Source of the DNA: a virus
Length of the DNA: 64,000 bases
IMG/VR virus record: IMGVR_UViG_3300037119_005106
Span: 16,500 to 80,499 of that record
Direction: 5' to 3' (one strand)
Part shown: piece after piece, positions 1 through 10,236 of the stretch
How the letters are laid out: each line of letters opens with the position of its first letter
How positions within the stretch are numbered: the stretch's first letter is position 1
The notes under the pieces: model-generated
The model's database searches: none
Told to the model about the DNA's origin: nothing
What the model saw: only the letters and a program-made list of their open reading frames with translations
Made by a program: the position numbers and the translations under genes

Positions 1-1097
1 TTCTTAGAAACCTCATCATCATACTCGTTTTTGGTTTTACCATATTTAAGAATACCTCTTTCAATAGGCATTGGTGGGGTTAATTTATTTACTCTTTTTC
101 CAATTTGACTTTTCAAATCTTCTAAATCAAAAGAAGTAGTAGAGCCATGAGAAAAACTTGTTTTATCATCTATCTTATTAGCTTTTGGAGTTAATCCAAG
201 TTCTTTGTATAAAGCGATAATTTCCTTATCCCCTATTACTTTTCCAGTCTTAGGATTTCTTTTAACAAGTTTACCTGTTGCATCATCAACAATAGAAGGA
301 CGATCATTGAATTCAGCAACACGTTCTTGAATATTTTTGATTTTATTCTCATGATCTAAATAGGTTTTATTGGTTTGGCGAATATTTTCATTAATGGCCA
401 ACAACTTCCCTTCTCTATAAAATTTGCTTTTTACCTGATTCTTTTGCTTTTCTTTTTCTTCATCTGAAACAACTTTAGAATCTTGAGCATTTATAGCTCG
501 CAATTGTTTAAGATAATCTTCTTTGTATTTCTTAATATCTTCAGGATTTTTAGACAAGTTTTTTTCATTCAATTCAGCATAGCCTTTATTTATTTTCGCT
601 CTGGCAGCTTCGTTAGAATTCATGTAATTCATAACTGTAGATAATGGCTTTGCTTTTTGAGGTTTATTGTTTTTACCTTTCAAAGCACTTACTCCACTAG
701 CATCTTTTGGAAGAGCAGCCCATACAGGAGCAGCAGAATAAATTGCTTTATCTAAATCTCCATTATCAATATGAGCCAAAGAACCTTGTTTCTCTAATAA
801 TGACAATGCAGCGATATCTTGTTCTTCAGGTGAGAATCCTGTAAAGCCAAGGTTACTAGAAAGAGTATCCCAAGTTTCATTCATAAACTGATACTTTCCA
901 TGAGCATTAGAAGTTCCGTCAGAAGCTCTATCTTTTCCTTTTCTCCAATCCTTCTTCTTTCCACCAAACTTTGTAGAATAGGCATCAGCACCCCAAGTAC
1001 CTTCTGCTTTGGAAATAGCATCAAGCATTACCTTGTATTGAGGATTACTTTCAAGCAATCCTTTTAGTCGTAAGTATTCCGCATTTGTATTTGGCAT
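1..1097 (-). CDS. Virion ejection/cargo protein with N-terminal lambda R-like lytic transglycosylase domain (partial, runs off the left edge)
   Basis: Not in the ORF track. Manual translation from ATG at 1097 gives MPNTNAEYL...MLDAISKAEGT...AHGKYQFMNETW...FSPEEQDIAALSLL...VWAALP, which matches lambda R lysozyme motifs. Confidence 0.8.
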   Translation of the reverse strand, partial: MPNTNAEYLRLKGLLESNPQYKVMLDAISKAEGTWGADAYSTKFGGKKKDWRKGKDRASDGTSNAHGKYQFMNETWDTLSSNLGFTGFSPEEQDIAALSLLEKQGSLAHIDNGDLDKAIYSAAPVWAALPKDASGVSALKGKNNKPQKAKPLSTVMNYMNSNEAARAKINKGYAELNEKNLSKNPEDIKKYKEDYLKQLRAINAQDSKVVSDEEKEKQKNQVKSKFYREGKLLAINENIRQTNKTYLDHENKIKNIQERVAEFNDRPSIVDDATGKLVKRNPKTGKVIGDKEIIALYKELGLTPKANKIDDKTSFSHGSTTSFDLEDLKSQIGKRVNKLTPPMPIERGILKYGKTKNEYDDEVSK

Positions 1098-1099
1098 GA

Positions 1100-1816
1100 C
1101 TATACGTTTTTAGAGTTATAATTGGAACCCAATATTCCCATTTGAGATTTTAGGATATTTTTCTTAGCCTGAACTTGTTCTCCAGCATCATAAAGTTTCT
1201 GAGCTTCTTCCCTATCAGTAACTTGTTTTTGATAAGCAATAGCTTCTGCTTCCTTATTTTTCTTTCTCAATTTCTTTTCATCACCCATATGGCTAAGATA
1301 ACCAGTTGCTCCACCAATAACAGCACCAGCAGCACCACCAATAAGAGTACCAACACCCGGAATAACACTACCAATAGCAGCACCAGTTGAAGCACCTTTA
1401 GCAGCCATTTGCATTGTATTGGCTTTTCGTTCCTTTCCGGTTAAAAGTCCTTCATTTGCTTTAGCAGTTATTGCCATATCCAAAGCACCCGAAGCACCCG
1501 CCATTACACCAGCACCAACAGCATTACCAGAAGCTAATGATTGACCTGTAGAAGAAGCATCTTTTAATGCATTAGTCTTTGTATCATCAGCATAAGTAGA
1601 ACCTACAACATTAGAGCTTTTATTGGCTTGATAATCATTAGAATTATCAACTTGATTTTTAGTCAAAGCAATCTTATTACCACCAAGTTCTGTGTCAATG
1701 TCTGATACATCTGGATCAGTTGGAAGAACAGGTTTTTTAAGTAAAAGTTTCTTTTTTAAATCTTCAGCAGATTCAGTTCCATCGTCGTCTCCGACTGCAT
1801 AATTAGATTGTATCAT
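1100..1816 (-). CDS. Virion cargo/ejection protein with Gly/Ala-rich membrane-inserting segments
   Basis: GAAIGSVIPGVGTLIGGAAGAVIGG glycine zipper; lies directly after the tail stabiliser, as in crAss-like phages. Confidence 0.6.
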   Translation of the reverse strand: MIQSNYAVGDDDGTESAEDLKKKLLLKKPVLPTDPDVSDIDTELGGNKIALTKNQVDNSNDYQANKSSNVVGSTYADDTKTNALKDASSTGQSLASGNAVGAGVMAGASGALDMAITAKANEGLLTGKERKANTMQMAAKGASTGAAIGSVIPGVGTLIGGAAGAVIGGATGYLSHMGDEKKLRKKNKEAEAIAYQKQVTDREEAQKLYDAGEQVQAKKNILKSQMGILGSNYNSKNV

Positions 1817-1824
1817 AGTCGTTT

Positions 1825-4800
1825 TTATTTATAAGATTGTCTAAAATAGTTTATAATGGAAAACAGTTTAATTTTAGTATTTGATACTGAATTTATCTCT
1901 AATTCAAAAGAACACCATTCCCCTCTTAAATCATCATAATCATCTGGATTCTTAGCAGGGAAGGTATGAAGTCCTTCTCTGATTTTATACCAGTGGTGCG
2001 TTCCGGGAACAACTCTTGTTTGCCCTAACGAAGTTATGAAAGTAGTCTTTAATAAAGGATAATTTGTACTTAAAATAACTCCAAGACCTTTATTGATTTT
2101 TGTTTCAAAAAAATCTGGAGCTGAAATAACTTTTAATTTTAAGTTTTTCTGAGATTCAAATAACTCCAATTCATTACCACTATTCAATTCTCCTAGTTTC
2201 TGAGAGGATTCATAAGGAGCAATTACTTTGTTTTGAAACATAAAATACAAATCATTATTGTATTCTATTTTACCATTAAAAACTTCCAACAACTCATTGT
2301 ATGAAACAACAAAGTTAATATCATTTTTGGTTCTAAAACGTATATTGGTTTCTTTAAATTCATCATCATAATATCCTTCAGCAGAAACAACATCATTGTC
2401 TTTAAACATTCTCAATATTTCTAAAGCCAAAAAATTATCAACCAATAAAGGTTTTACTATTTTAACGATTTCTTTTTTCAAATCATCATAAAACACAAAT
2501 CCAAAAGGACTTTCAATTATAGCCCTTCTAAAAGACGTTCCGTAATCGCTAAGTACTTCATGTCCACTTATTGATTTTCCATCGCCTTGAGCAATCTGAA
2601 TAGCCGAACCACCCTTATCTGGAGTTATAAACGATCTTTCATCTATAAGTATTTTAGAAGTTTGCAATCCTTGAACAGCATAGATTTCATCTTTGTATTT
2701 TATGATGTTTAAAACAGAACCTTTGTTCTTATCCAATTCATAAAACTCATTTGTAGAAAACTTAGACCAAGCATCAATACTATCTCCATTCAACTTAGTA
2801 TTGGACACAGCAATCACATTATTTAGAATAGGCTCATCTTTAAAATCATAAGGAACAGGAATAGATTTTCTTAAATCATTTTCTTGAAGATATCCAGAAT
2901 TATAAAGTTCTTCATATTTAAAATCAATACTACTACTGAATAAATAGAATTCTTCTGAATTGGCTAATCTTGGCTCGATAGTACTTTCTAATACAACACT
3001 ATAACACCAAGCGTTGTATTTATTGTATTGATATCTTCTTTCATCTTCATTACCACCATGACCAGGAAAGTTATCCCAATGCATACCAATTGAAACAGGA
3101 GTTTGAGAACCTCTATAAGAACTTTTGTTTCTTAGATAAAGACTGCAATAACTATCTCCTTCAACATAAAATATTTGAGAAACAACTAATTCTTTAGTAA
3201 CTGGAATAACATCACTCAAAGGAATGTATTCATTTGAAGCATAAGCAAATTCTGTTCGACCACCATAAATAGAATCTTGGATATTTCTTTTTAGATTAGA
3301 AACAATATAGGAATCACGGCCATATAAAGAATCTTCATTTCTATATCCCCAATCACCAAAATTAACTCTACTTTTTATAAGATATTGCCTTTGAGAAATA
3401 TTAGTTTCGTTGAAGAAATTGAACTTTGTTTTTATAAAAACACTTTTTCTTCCACCAGCAATATTATTTACTCTAAAAATTGTTTGCTCTCTATTATTTC
3501 CACTTCTTGCAGAACCACAATAAAACCATCCTGGACAACCTAAAGTAAACGCATGATTTGCATAATCAAAAGTATCATTGAATTTATATCCAGACAATAT
3601 TTGTCCTTCTCCTATTTCAGAAGCTTTATCAATTTCATAAACATTACCAGAACTTGGTGTATTTTGGAAACTAGTATAAGATCTTCTTCTTAAAAGATTT
3701 GAAAAAACACTAACATTTACATAAAAAGGTCTTGTTTTGGAATCTCCAGCCAATAAGTTAGATGGTATTTTTTGAGAAAATTTTGGACCGCCAAAAGGAA
3801 CAGGCCCATTAAAATTAGAGCCACCATCAGAATAATAAGCCATACAACCTGGATTGTCACGATCATATCCACATGTTGCTTCGTTATAACCACCAAGAAT
3901 ATTATATCTATCATGATCGGTAGATATTGATTCAATGTATTCTAACTGACATGAACTAGCTAACTTTGAAGATATTTTATTGTGAACAAAATCAGGACTA
4001 TCAAAGTAAAAAGATTTTCTATTAGTAATTACAAGTCCAGAATTATTACTTGCATTATTCATATTAGGATCGGTATCAAAATTTAATATACCTCTATGGT
4101 CATAAACTGGACCTCCATTACTAGGCAACGCCCATTTGTCTACCATTTCAGGTTCAAAACCTAAGTTTTCATCAGGACCACCCAAATTTCCAAAATTAAC
4201 TATTCTTTCTAATGGACCAGAAATACCTTGCGCTAAAATCGTTCTATTGTTTTCATTACGCTCAACATATACGATTTGATAAGAATCTATTTCTTTGGAG
4301 AACTCACAATTAATACGAACATCAAATTGAAGTTCTATCTTTTCAGCATACATTTCATTACCTACAACACTCCAATTTTTATAGATATCAGAATTTAAAA
4401 TAATATTACCTGTTTCATCAAGTTCCCTTTTTACTTGACCGATATCAGGTATTTTCAAATCTCCAAGAATGATAGTAAACAATCTATTTCCATTCTTATA
4501 ACACTGAATTCCTAATCGATATATCTCCCCTTTCATTACACACTTACGAAGAGAAGGTTCTTTGATTTGTAAAGGTTTTGAACCACTTACCATCCAATCT
4601 GTATTTTTTGAAAGAACATTCTCTTTAACACTATGCATAGTAACTTTCACACCATTACCATTATACCATCCATTAGATACACCACCGTAAACTAAAGAAG
4701 CGTTTTTTGCCGCATCAGTTGTCGGCCAAGGAAAACTTCTTTTCTCAGTATCATTTTCTAAATCAATAATAACTTGATTGGTTGAAAAGGTCAAAATGTA

Positions 4801-6525
4801 ATTGTAGAAATCTGTAATTACCAATTCATCAATTGGCTCAAACAATATTTTAGAACTGGAAAGTCTTATTTTAAGATTTGGAAATTTTGTATTAAAATCA
4901 ACATCTTCTTGACATACTAACAAAAATGCAGCAATTTCCTCAATACGATTAACGTATTTATAAGAGATATCAGAAATAGAAAGTTCATAGGATTCAGAAG
5001 TAAGACTATTGAATAACTTCATGCTAAAATTACCAAAAACCTCTATTTTACGATACAATCTTCTTTGAACATAAAAGAATGATTGTGTAAAATTATTATT
5101 GATTAAATTGTATTTAACAGGATCCGGATTAAGCAAACAGTCATGCGTTTCTCCTAAATGAGAAAAACCAGCCAAAGCAAAATCCAAAGCAACATTTTTG
5201 GAATTAATAAATGAAGGATCATTACGTAAAGAAGACGCAATAAGTTTATTGTTTTTTGTTGTAAAATCAGAATTATATTTCCATGTAATAGAATTGGCAT
5301 AGATATCAGCTAAAGTAACATTTTCTTTAAACTCAGGTTCAGAACCAACATGTTCAAAAGAAACTATAGCATCAATCTTTTTCTTTCCAATAACACGAAT
5401 AGCGCTAGGAACATCCTTTGCTTCATACTCAATAGCAACTAATTGTACTTCTTTAAAGTTTTTATAATCCGGAATATAACATTCAATAATTACAGATTTA
5501 TTAGTGGACTCACTAATATCTCCACCCTTGAGTTCATTACCACTTCCTTCAGTTATTTTTAAACCTCTTGATAAAGCAGAGAAGTCTGTTATCTGACCAT
5601 TTTCAGTAATCAATCTCATTACATAAAAAACAGTCATTGCTTTTAAACTTCCATTTTCTTGAACTGATTTTACTCTTGGATTCAATAAAGTACCAGTTGG
5701 AGAAATATTAAAATCATTAGCTTTTCTTGTTGAAAGTTTTGGATCCTTAACATTTACAACTCTTGAGTAATTGTAGTAGTCGGTAAAATAAACTCTTTTG
5801 TAACTTGCGTTTTCATCAACTCCTTCTGTACAAATTACAGCATCCATAGGAATATTCAAATAACCAACCCATAATTTTCTTCCAAGAAGTATTCCAGATG
5901 AATTATACTTGAAAGACATAATAAAATCAGTTACATCGTCTTGATTGTTTATAGGTGGAGTAATTCCTTCAATCTCGCAAACAATAGGATTGGAAGGCAT
6001 ATAGGTAAGTGTTTTAAATAATCCACCATAAGTAACATCAATTACTGTTGGTCCATCATCCTCAGTCATATTTTGACTAAAATCATCCTCATCAATTGGC
6101 TCAACAGGAACAGTAATAGTAGTTTCACTTTCTACAAAATGAGTAGAGAAAGGAATTCCGGTTACAGTATTTACATTGGAAACAATATTAAAATTATCAA
6201 CAACAACTTGTATAACTGTTTGTTCTTCTGTTTCTCCAACTTCAATTGGAAAAGTACTTTTACCAAAAACAATAAGTTCATCCTGAAAAGCATAATAACC
6301 GTTGTATTTTAATATCTGGTCATTATTGTAAACCATCTTAGAACCATTTACCGAAACGAAAGCTAATGTTCCATCCTCGCTATAAAGTCTACCATTCCAA
6401 GCATCAGCATATCCTTTAGGATTTTCAGCATGATTATCTAAGTCAACACTCCATCCCTTAGAAAATTGATGAATTTGAGCATCATTTAAATTAGGTATTT
6501 TTTTAGAATCATCTTCGGCGGCCAT
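1825..6525 (-). CDS. Tail stabilisation/muzzle protein (crAss Tstab, P22 gp10-like)
   Basis: 1566 aa; motifs RVYFTDYYN, KGEIYRLGI, VERNENNRTILAQG, SFYFDSPD and EGDSY; crAss synteny. Confidence 0.8.
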   Translation of the reverse strand: MAAEDDSKKIPNLNDAQIHQFSKGWSVDLDNHAENPKGYADAWNGRLYSEDGTLAFVSVNGSKMVYNNDQILKYNGYYAFQDELIVFGKSTFPIEVGETEEQTVIQVVVDNFNIVSNVNTVTGIPFSTHFVESETTITVPVEPIDEDDFSQNMTEDDGPTVIDVTYGGLFKTLTYMPSNPIVCEIEGITPPINNQDDVTDFIMSFKYNSSGILLGRKLWVGYLNIPMDAVICTEGVDENASYKRVYFTDYYNYSRVVNVKDPKLSTRKANDFNISPTGTLLNPRVKSVQENGSLKAMTVFYVMRLITENGQITDFSALSRGLKITEGSGNELKGGDISESTNKSVIIECYIPDYKNFKEVQLVAIEYEAKDVPSAIRVIGKKKIDAIVSFEHVGSEPEFKENVTLADIYANSITWKYNSDFTTKNNKLIASSLRNDPSFINSKNVALDFALAGFSHLGETHDCLLNPDPVKYNLINNNFTQSFFYVQRRLYRKIEVFGNFSMKLFNSLTSESYELSISDISYKYVNRIEEIAAFLLVCQEDVDFNTKFPNLKIRLSSSKILFEPIDELVITDFYNYILTFSTNQVIIDLENDTEKRSFPWPTTDAAKNASLVYGGVSNGWYNGNGVKVTMHSVKENVLSKNTDWMVSGSKPLQIKEPSLRKCVMKGEIYRLGIQCYKNGNRLFTIILGDLKIPDIGQVKRELDETGNIILNSDIYKNWSVVGNEMYAEKIELQFDVRINCEFSKEIDSYQIVYVERNENNRTILAQGISGPLERIVNFGNLGGPDENLGFEPEMVDKWALPSNGGPVYDHRGILNFDTDPNMNNASNNSGLVITNRKSFYFDSPDFVHNKISSKLASSCQLEYIESISTDHDRYNILGGYNEATCGYDRDNPGCMAYYSDGGSNFNGPVPFGGPKFSQKIPSNLLAGDSKTRPFYVNVSVFSNLLRRRSYTSFQNTPSSGNVYEIDKASEIGEGQILSGYKFNDTFDYANHAFTLGCPGWFYCGSARSGNNREQTIFRVNNIAGGRKSVFIKTKFNFFNETNISQRQYLIKSRVNFGDWGYRNEDSLYGRDSYIVSNLKRNIQDSIYGGRTEFAYASNEYIPLSDVIPVTKELVVSQIFYVEGDSYCSLYLRNKSSYRGSQTPVSIGMHWDNFPGHGGNEDERRYQYNKYNAWCYSVVLESTIEPRLANSEEFYLFSSSIDFKYEELYNSGYLQENDLRKSIPVPYDFKDEPILNNVIAVSNTKLNGDSIDAWSKFSTNEFYELDKNKGSVLNIIKYKDEIYAVQGLQTSKILIDERSFITPDKGGSAIQIAQGDGKSISGHEVLSDYGTSFRRAIIESPFGFVFYDDLKKEIVKIVKPLLVDNFLALEILRMFKDNDVVSAEGYYDDEFKETNIRFRTKNDINFVVSYNELLEVFNGKIEYNNDLYFMFQNKVIAPYESSQKLGELNSGNELELFESQKNLKLKVISAPDFFETKINKGLGVILSTNYPLLKTTFITSLGQTRVVPGTHHWYKIREGLHTFPAKNPDDYDDLRGEWCSFELEINSVSNTKIKLFSIINYFRQSYK

Positions 6526-6541
6526 AGCTATATATTTTCAA

Positions 6542-6549
6542 CAAATTTA
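6542..6549 (-). promoter_or_regulatory. Bacteroidota sigma70 -7 element TAAATTTG upstream of the Tstab gene
   Basis: Matches TAnnTTTG, 16 nt before the ATG and just after a terminator. Confidence 0.5.
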
Positions 6550-6551
6550 AA

Positions 6552-6580
6552 CAAAAAAAACACACCGTTTAAAAGTGTGT
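6552..6580 (-). terminator. Intrinsic terminator
   Basis: ACACAC-TTTTAAACG-GTGTGT hairpin followed by a U-tract on the minus strand. Confidence 0.65.
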
Positions 6581-6822
6581 TATAATTGTGTTTTAATAAG
6601 ATAGTAAGCCATTAATCTGTCAAAGTGAGGTTTAGCTATTAAAAGTCTTGCTCGGTTGTTAGCGTGTGTAGGTGGATCTACTTTGGGATATCTATCCACT
6701 ACCGCTATATGGCTTTTCAAAAATAGTGCTTCATCAATTATCGTATCATGCCTTGCCACTTTTACAGGTTGGTCAGACAATGTTAAATTCAATAAAGCTT
6801 CTTTTAGTTGTGGCCAAGTCAT
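6580..6822 (-). CDS. Hypothetical 80-aa protein with its own TAGATTTG promoter (6840-6847)
   Basis: Fills the gap between genes; flanked by a promoter-like motif and a terminator. Confidence 0.55.
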   Translation of the reverse strand: MTWPQLKEALLNLTLSDQPVKVARHDTIIDEALFLKSHIAVVDRYPKVDPPTHANNRARLLIAKPHFDRLMAYYLIKTQL

Positions 6823-6860
6823 ATAGAAATTGTTTACTACAAATCTACAATATTTTTTGA

Positions 6861-7535
6861 TTATTTAACTATTAGAAATCCAGTTGCTATAATGGCTGCT
6901 GCAGCCACACCTTGCCAAACTGTTTTCTTTGTCTTTTCTTTCCTGACTGCCTTTTCTGTATTCTTTATAATATCCTTCTGCTTATTACTTATGCTATCGT
7001 ATTCAGAAACTACTTTTCCAAAATTGCTTATAATGGTATCTTTTACAACTCCTTTCTGCTCTTCTATATGGAGCTCGTCTTTTAATAATGAGTTTTCAGA
7101 AACACAACCATCGTATTGTACAATCTCTATAATATTCTTTTTTGCAACATCATCAGATAGCGTAGTTCCGTATTGAGTGATTGTAATAGGTAATTTGTAG
7201 CGCTCTTGATAGAATTTTGCTATTTGCTTAGTATTTAGTCCTATTACTTTTTCAACCTCTCTATGAGTCTTATTTTCAACTTCTACTATTTTAACCTTTA
7301 CCTTTTGCTTTATCTTATTCAAAGAATCTAATTTTACCAATAAATTCTCGTTCTTATTCAGTAAAGAAGAAACCCGATGCTCTCCATCAACAACTTCTTT
7401 CTTGAGTAATTTATTAGTGAGCTCTAATTCTTTTCTACCATTACAACTTCCAATAAGCAACAAGGAAAGAAGAAAGATTATAATATATGGCACAATTCTA
7501 CTCCAATCAATTTTGTATATATTAAACTGTTCCAT
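6861..7535 (-). CDS. Spanin-like lysis protein (N-terminal lipobox, coiled coil, C-terminal TM)
   Basis: Hydrophobic leader ending LLLIGS-C, C-terminal VWQGVAAAAIIATGFLIV, and position after the endolysin. Confidence 0.6.
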   Translation of the reverse strand: MEQFNIYKIDWSRIVPYIIIFLLSLLLIGSCNGRKELELTNKLLKKEVVDGEHRVSSLLNKNENLLVKLDSLNKIKQKVKVKIVEVENKTHREVEKVIGLNTKQIAKFYQERYKLPITITQYGTTLSDDVAKKNIIEIVQYDGCVSENSLLKDELHIEEQKGVVKDTIISNFGKVVSEYDSISNKQKDIIKNTEKAVRKEKTKKTVWQGVAAAAIIATGFLIVK

Positions 7536-7536
7536 A

Positions 7537-8085
7537 TTAAATCATGTTTTCGTAACGTTGAATAATCTCTGCATGTGCTATAGCCAATTTATGCTTATTG
7601 GAATGATAGAGTTTCAAATCGTTTGCATTGGAGATAAAACAAAGTTCTTGTAGTGCAACAATACCTAATTCTCTCATCAATCCTAAACGCCCTCTATGGC
7701 TTTCTGATTCGGCTTTAACACCACGATTCTTGATACCAAGAATTGAAGAGGTTGTATCAGCCAACTCTTTACCAAAAGCTTTGTCTAATCTGTCAGCATC
7801 ATCCCCAACTAATGAAGTTGTTCCGGTTGCTGTTGGTGAATCCGCAGCATCAAAATGATATTCTATTACTACCGAACCACTACCAGTTTTAATACGTTCC
7901 AGATACGTTCCAAGACGCTCGTCATCTTTATCCTGAATTACTTTAACACCTCTTCTAAGAAGGTCTGTTATTACCAAATCACGAAACTCTACTGTTAGGT
8001 CTGCTTCATGATATCCATTTCCAATTGCTCCTGGATCTGGTTTAATTCCTTTTGGGTTATGCCCCGCACTAGCAAATACTGTCAT
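7537..8085 (-). CDS. Endolysin, N-acetylmuramoyl-L-alanine amidase (Amidase_3)
   Basis: AGH...DPGA...E, HFDA and ELCFISN Zn-amidase motifs. Confidence 0.9.
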   Translation of the reverse strand: MTVFASAGHNPKGIKPDPGAIGNGYHEADLTVEFRDLVITDLLRRGVKVIQDKDDERLGTYLERIKTGSGSVVIEYHFDAADSPTATGTTSLVGDDADRLDKAFGKELADTTSSILGIKNRGVKAESESHRGRLGLMRELGIVALQELCFISNANDLKLYHSNKHKLAIAHAEIIQRYENMI

Positions 8086-8090
8086 AATTA

Positions 8091-8777
8091 TTATTTTATT
8101 GGTTCTTGTTCTTTTTCTTCTACTTCTTCATCAAATCCATCATCTTTCTCTTTCTTTAAAAAAGCAGCTAGTCTTGGTTCAAACATACTTTCTACTATGG
8201 GAAAGATGGGTGGTTTTTTACCATAAACATATTCTATATTTCTACCAATGGATTTAAAATCATAATACCAGAAAAAAGCTATTGGCGCTTTAACAACTAC
8301 TCCTGATGCAAAGCCCATAAGAACAGCAATAGAACTATCGTCTTTTTGATACTCCATTATGTGATTGGCGCAGAATAAATAGAAGATAAGCGTTAAGCAT
8401 TTGAAGAAGGTAAATAATAGTTTCTTTGAATTAAATTGATATCCTCTGTATAGCCGAATAAACCTTGCTCTATTTGGATCATCTGATTCTAATCGCTTTG
8501 CTTTTCTGTAATAAGTATGTGATTTTTTAATCGACCTCTGGACTCCAAATACAGCATCAATGAGAACAGTTCCTATAACAATCAATAGAATAAAATTAGA
8601 TACTCCAAAATACTCTCGTTCATAAAAAGTAGACAAACACTGATGAATAGTAGCTAGACTAACTGTTTTAAAATACAAATCAAAATCATTGGCCGACACA
8701 AGTATATTCACCTTTTTTATATAAAGATGAATTGGTTTAAAATATGTCGTAAAGCAAGTGTACATAAATAACGTCAT
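8091..8777 (-). CDS. Putative holin
   Basis: About 3 TM segments, SIGRNIE motif, acidic C-tail, adjacent to the endolysin. Confidence 0.6.
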   Translation of the reverse strand: MTLFMYTCFTTYFKPIHLYIKKVNILVSANDFDLYFKTVSLATIHQCLSTFYEREYFGVSNFILLIVIGTVLIDAVFGVQRSIKKSHTYYRKAKRLESDDPNRARFIRLYRGYQFNSKKLLFTFFKCLTLIFYLFCANHIMEYQKDDSSIAVLMGFASGVVVKAPIAFFWYYDFKSIGRNIEYVYGKKPPIFPIVESMFEPRLAAFLKKEKDDGFDEEVEEKEQEPIK

Positions 8778-8849
8778 TAGATACTATTATTTTTCTGATT
8801 ATTAATTGGTTTAAAGTTAGGTATTATTTTTTAATATTTAATTAAACAG

Positions 8850-9626
8850 TTATTTCCAATTCCATTCTACAAACCTGACAAGAGGTGAATTTGCCACAGT
8901 ATATAGTTTTTTACCATCATTTCTAAACCACAACCCTAAAATTGCACCAAACTGTGATCTGTTTTCTGTTCTAAAAAGAGTTAGTGTTGACACATCCCAA
9001 GGAGTGGAGGCTTTGTACTGTTTTATTACTTGTATAGCACTGGGTAAATAAAAATTAATACCGTCAGGTGAAATCCTAATATCTTGAAAAGTTGTACTGT
9101 CTGCGGATAAATCTTTAGATGTTATTAATGTTTTCGTAGAAACGTCCCATGCCGTACTTAGAGAGTAACTGTACATAGTGGTGGCGGTCATAATGAATAG
9201 CAATGTTCCATTACTATTAAACTCTATTCCTCTACCATTTGCAGGAATACTAGTTGTTTCCGCTGTTGTTTTAACAGAAACATCCCATGCAGTAGTTAAA
9301 TTAAAAGCTTGTATTAAATTCGATGTAATATTTACTAGATATAATTTTGTACCGTCATTTTTTAAAGTTAATCCTTGCTGACTTCCTGTTTGACTTTTGT
9401 TTATATAATTAAGTGTACGGGTTGATATATCCCAAGGTATGCTTAAATCTCCTTGTGATAGCTCATTGTTGTCCGCACAAGTGTAAACTCTAGTGCCGTC
9501 AGGTTTAAAAAAAATACCTGATTTCCTTTGTGATTCTGTACCAGCTGTAATTTCAAGACCAGCTTTAACAACTAAATTAATAAGATTCCAAGTAGCTTTA
9601 AACAGATATGGGTTTACTAGATTCAT
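8850..9626 (-). CDS. Tail fibre/receptor-binding beta-propeller protein
   Basis: Four (L/A)S/T-x-(P/A)WD(V/I)S repeats with F-x-x-DGT turns; probable start MNLVNPYLF at 9626 rather than the track start at 9680. Confidence 0.6.
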   Translation of the reverse strand: MNLVNPYLFKATWNLINLVVKAGLEITAGTESQRKSGIFFKPDGTRVYTCADNNELSQGDLSIPWDISTRTLNYINKSQTGSQQGLTLKNDGTKLYLVNITSNLIQAFNLTTAWDVSVKTTAETTSIPANGRGIEFNSNGTLLFIMTATTMYSYSLSTAWDVSTKTLITSKDLSADSTTFQDIRISPDGINFYLPSAIQVIKQYKASTPWDVSTLTLFRTENRSQFGAILGLWFRNDGKKLYTVANSPLVRFVEWNWK

Positions 9627-9664
9627 TTGTCTATATTTTTTGTAAACATTATAGATCGGATTAA

Positions 9665-10216
9665 TTAATTTCTCTCCCATCCTTCATCAATATTAGGTTC
9701 TTGACCATTTGTAACTTGAAGGACTTTTATGTTTCTTGTGTCAAGATTTTTAGCAAGCTTTACATTGATAGATGATAATTTATTTAAATGCGCTTGCTCT
9801 TCATCTGTTAAAGCAATATTTGAAGCTTCTTTACGAACACTATTAATCATAAACAACGTTTCGTCTTTATGTACGGATTCACTCCAAATAGAAGCATTTG
9901 CATCTTTTTCAGCATTTTCAATTGCCATTACAATCTCCGCATTAGGTCGTTTGATTGGATTGTAGGTGATTCTATACTCTCTTAATCCTGGATAAGATGG
10001 ATGTTGTCCAAATTCTAGCAAATGCTCCAAGTCAGGAAGATTAGTTTGAAGAAGAAAAATTCTAGAATCATAATCTGGTTCAGGATAAGGAATGTTTTTT
10101 ACCAACCATTCATAATCGGGATCAATTCCCTCAACCGGAAGCATATCTTCGCGAGGATATAAATCGTGTTTAATAATTTCTTTTGTGCTTTTACGAACTA
10201 AAACTGATGGTACCAT
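9665..10216 (-). CDS. Tail fibre-associated protein (chaperone-like)
   Basis: Lies between fibre genes; C-terminal NIDEGW resembles fibre-assembly proteins. Confidence 0.4.
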   Translation of the reverse strand: MVPSVLVRKSTKEIIKHDLYPREDMLPVEGIDPDYEWLVKNIPYPEPDYDSRIFLLQTNLPDLEHLLEFGQHPSYPGLREYRITYNPIKRPNAEIVMAIENAEKDANASIWSESVHKDETLFMINSVRKEASNIALTDEEQAHLNKLSSINVKLAKNLDTRNIKVLQVTNGQEPNIDEGWERN

Positions 10217-10236
10217 ATTTGTTTTTTATTAATTAG

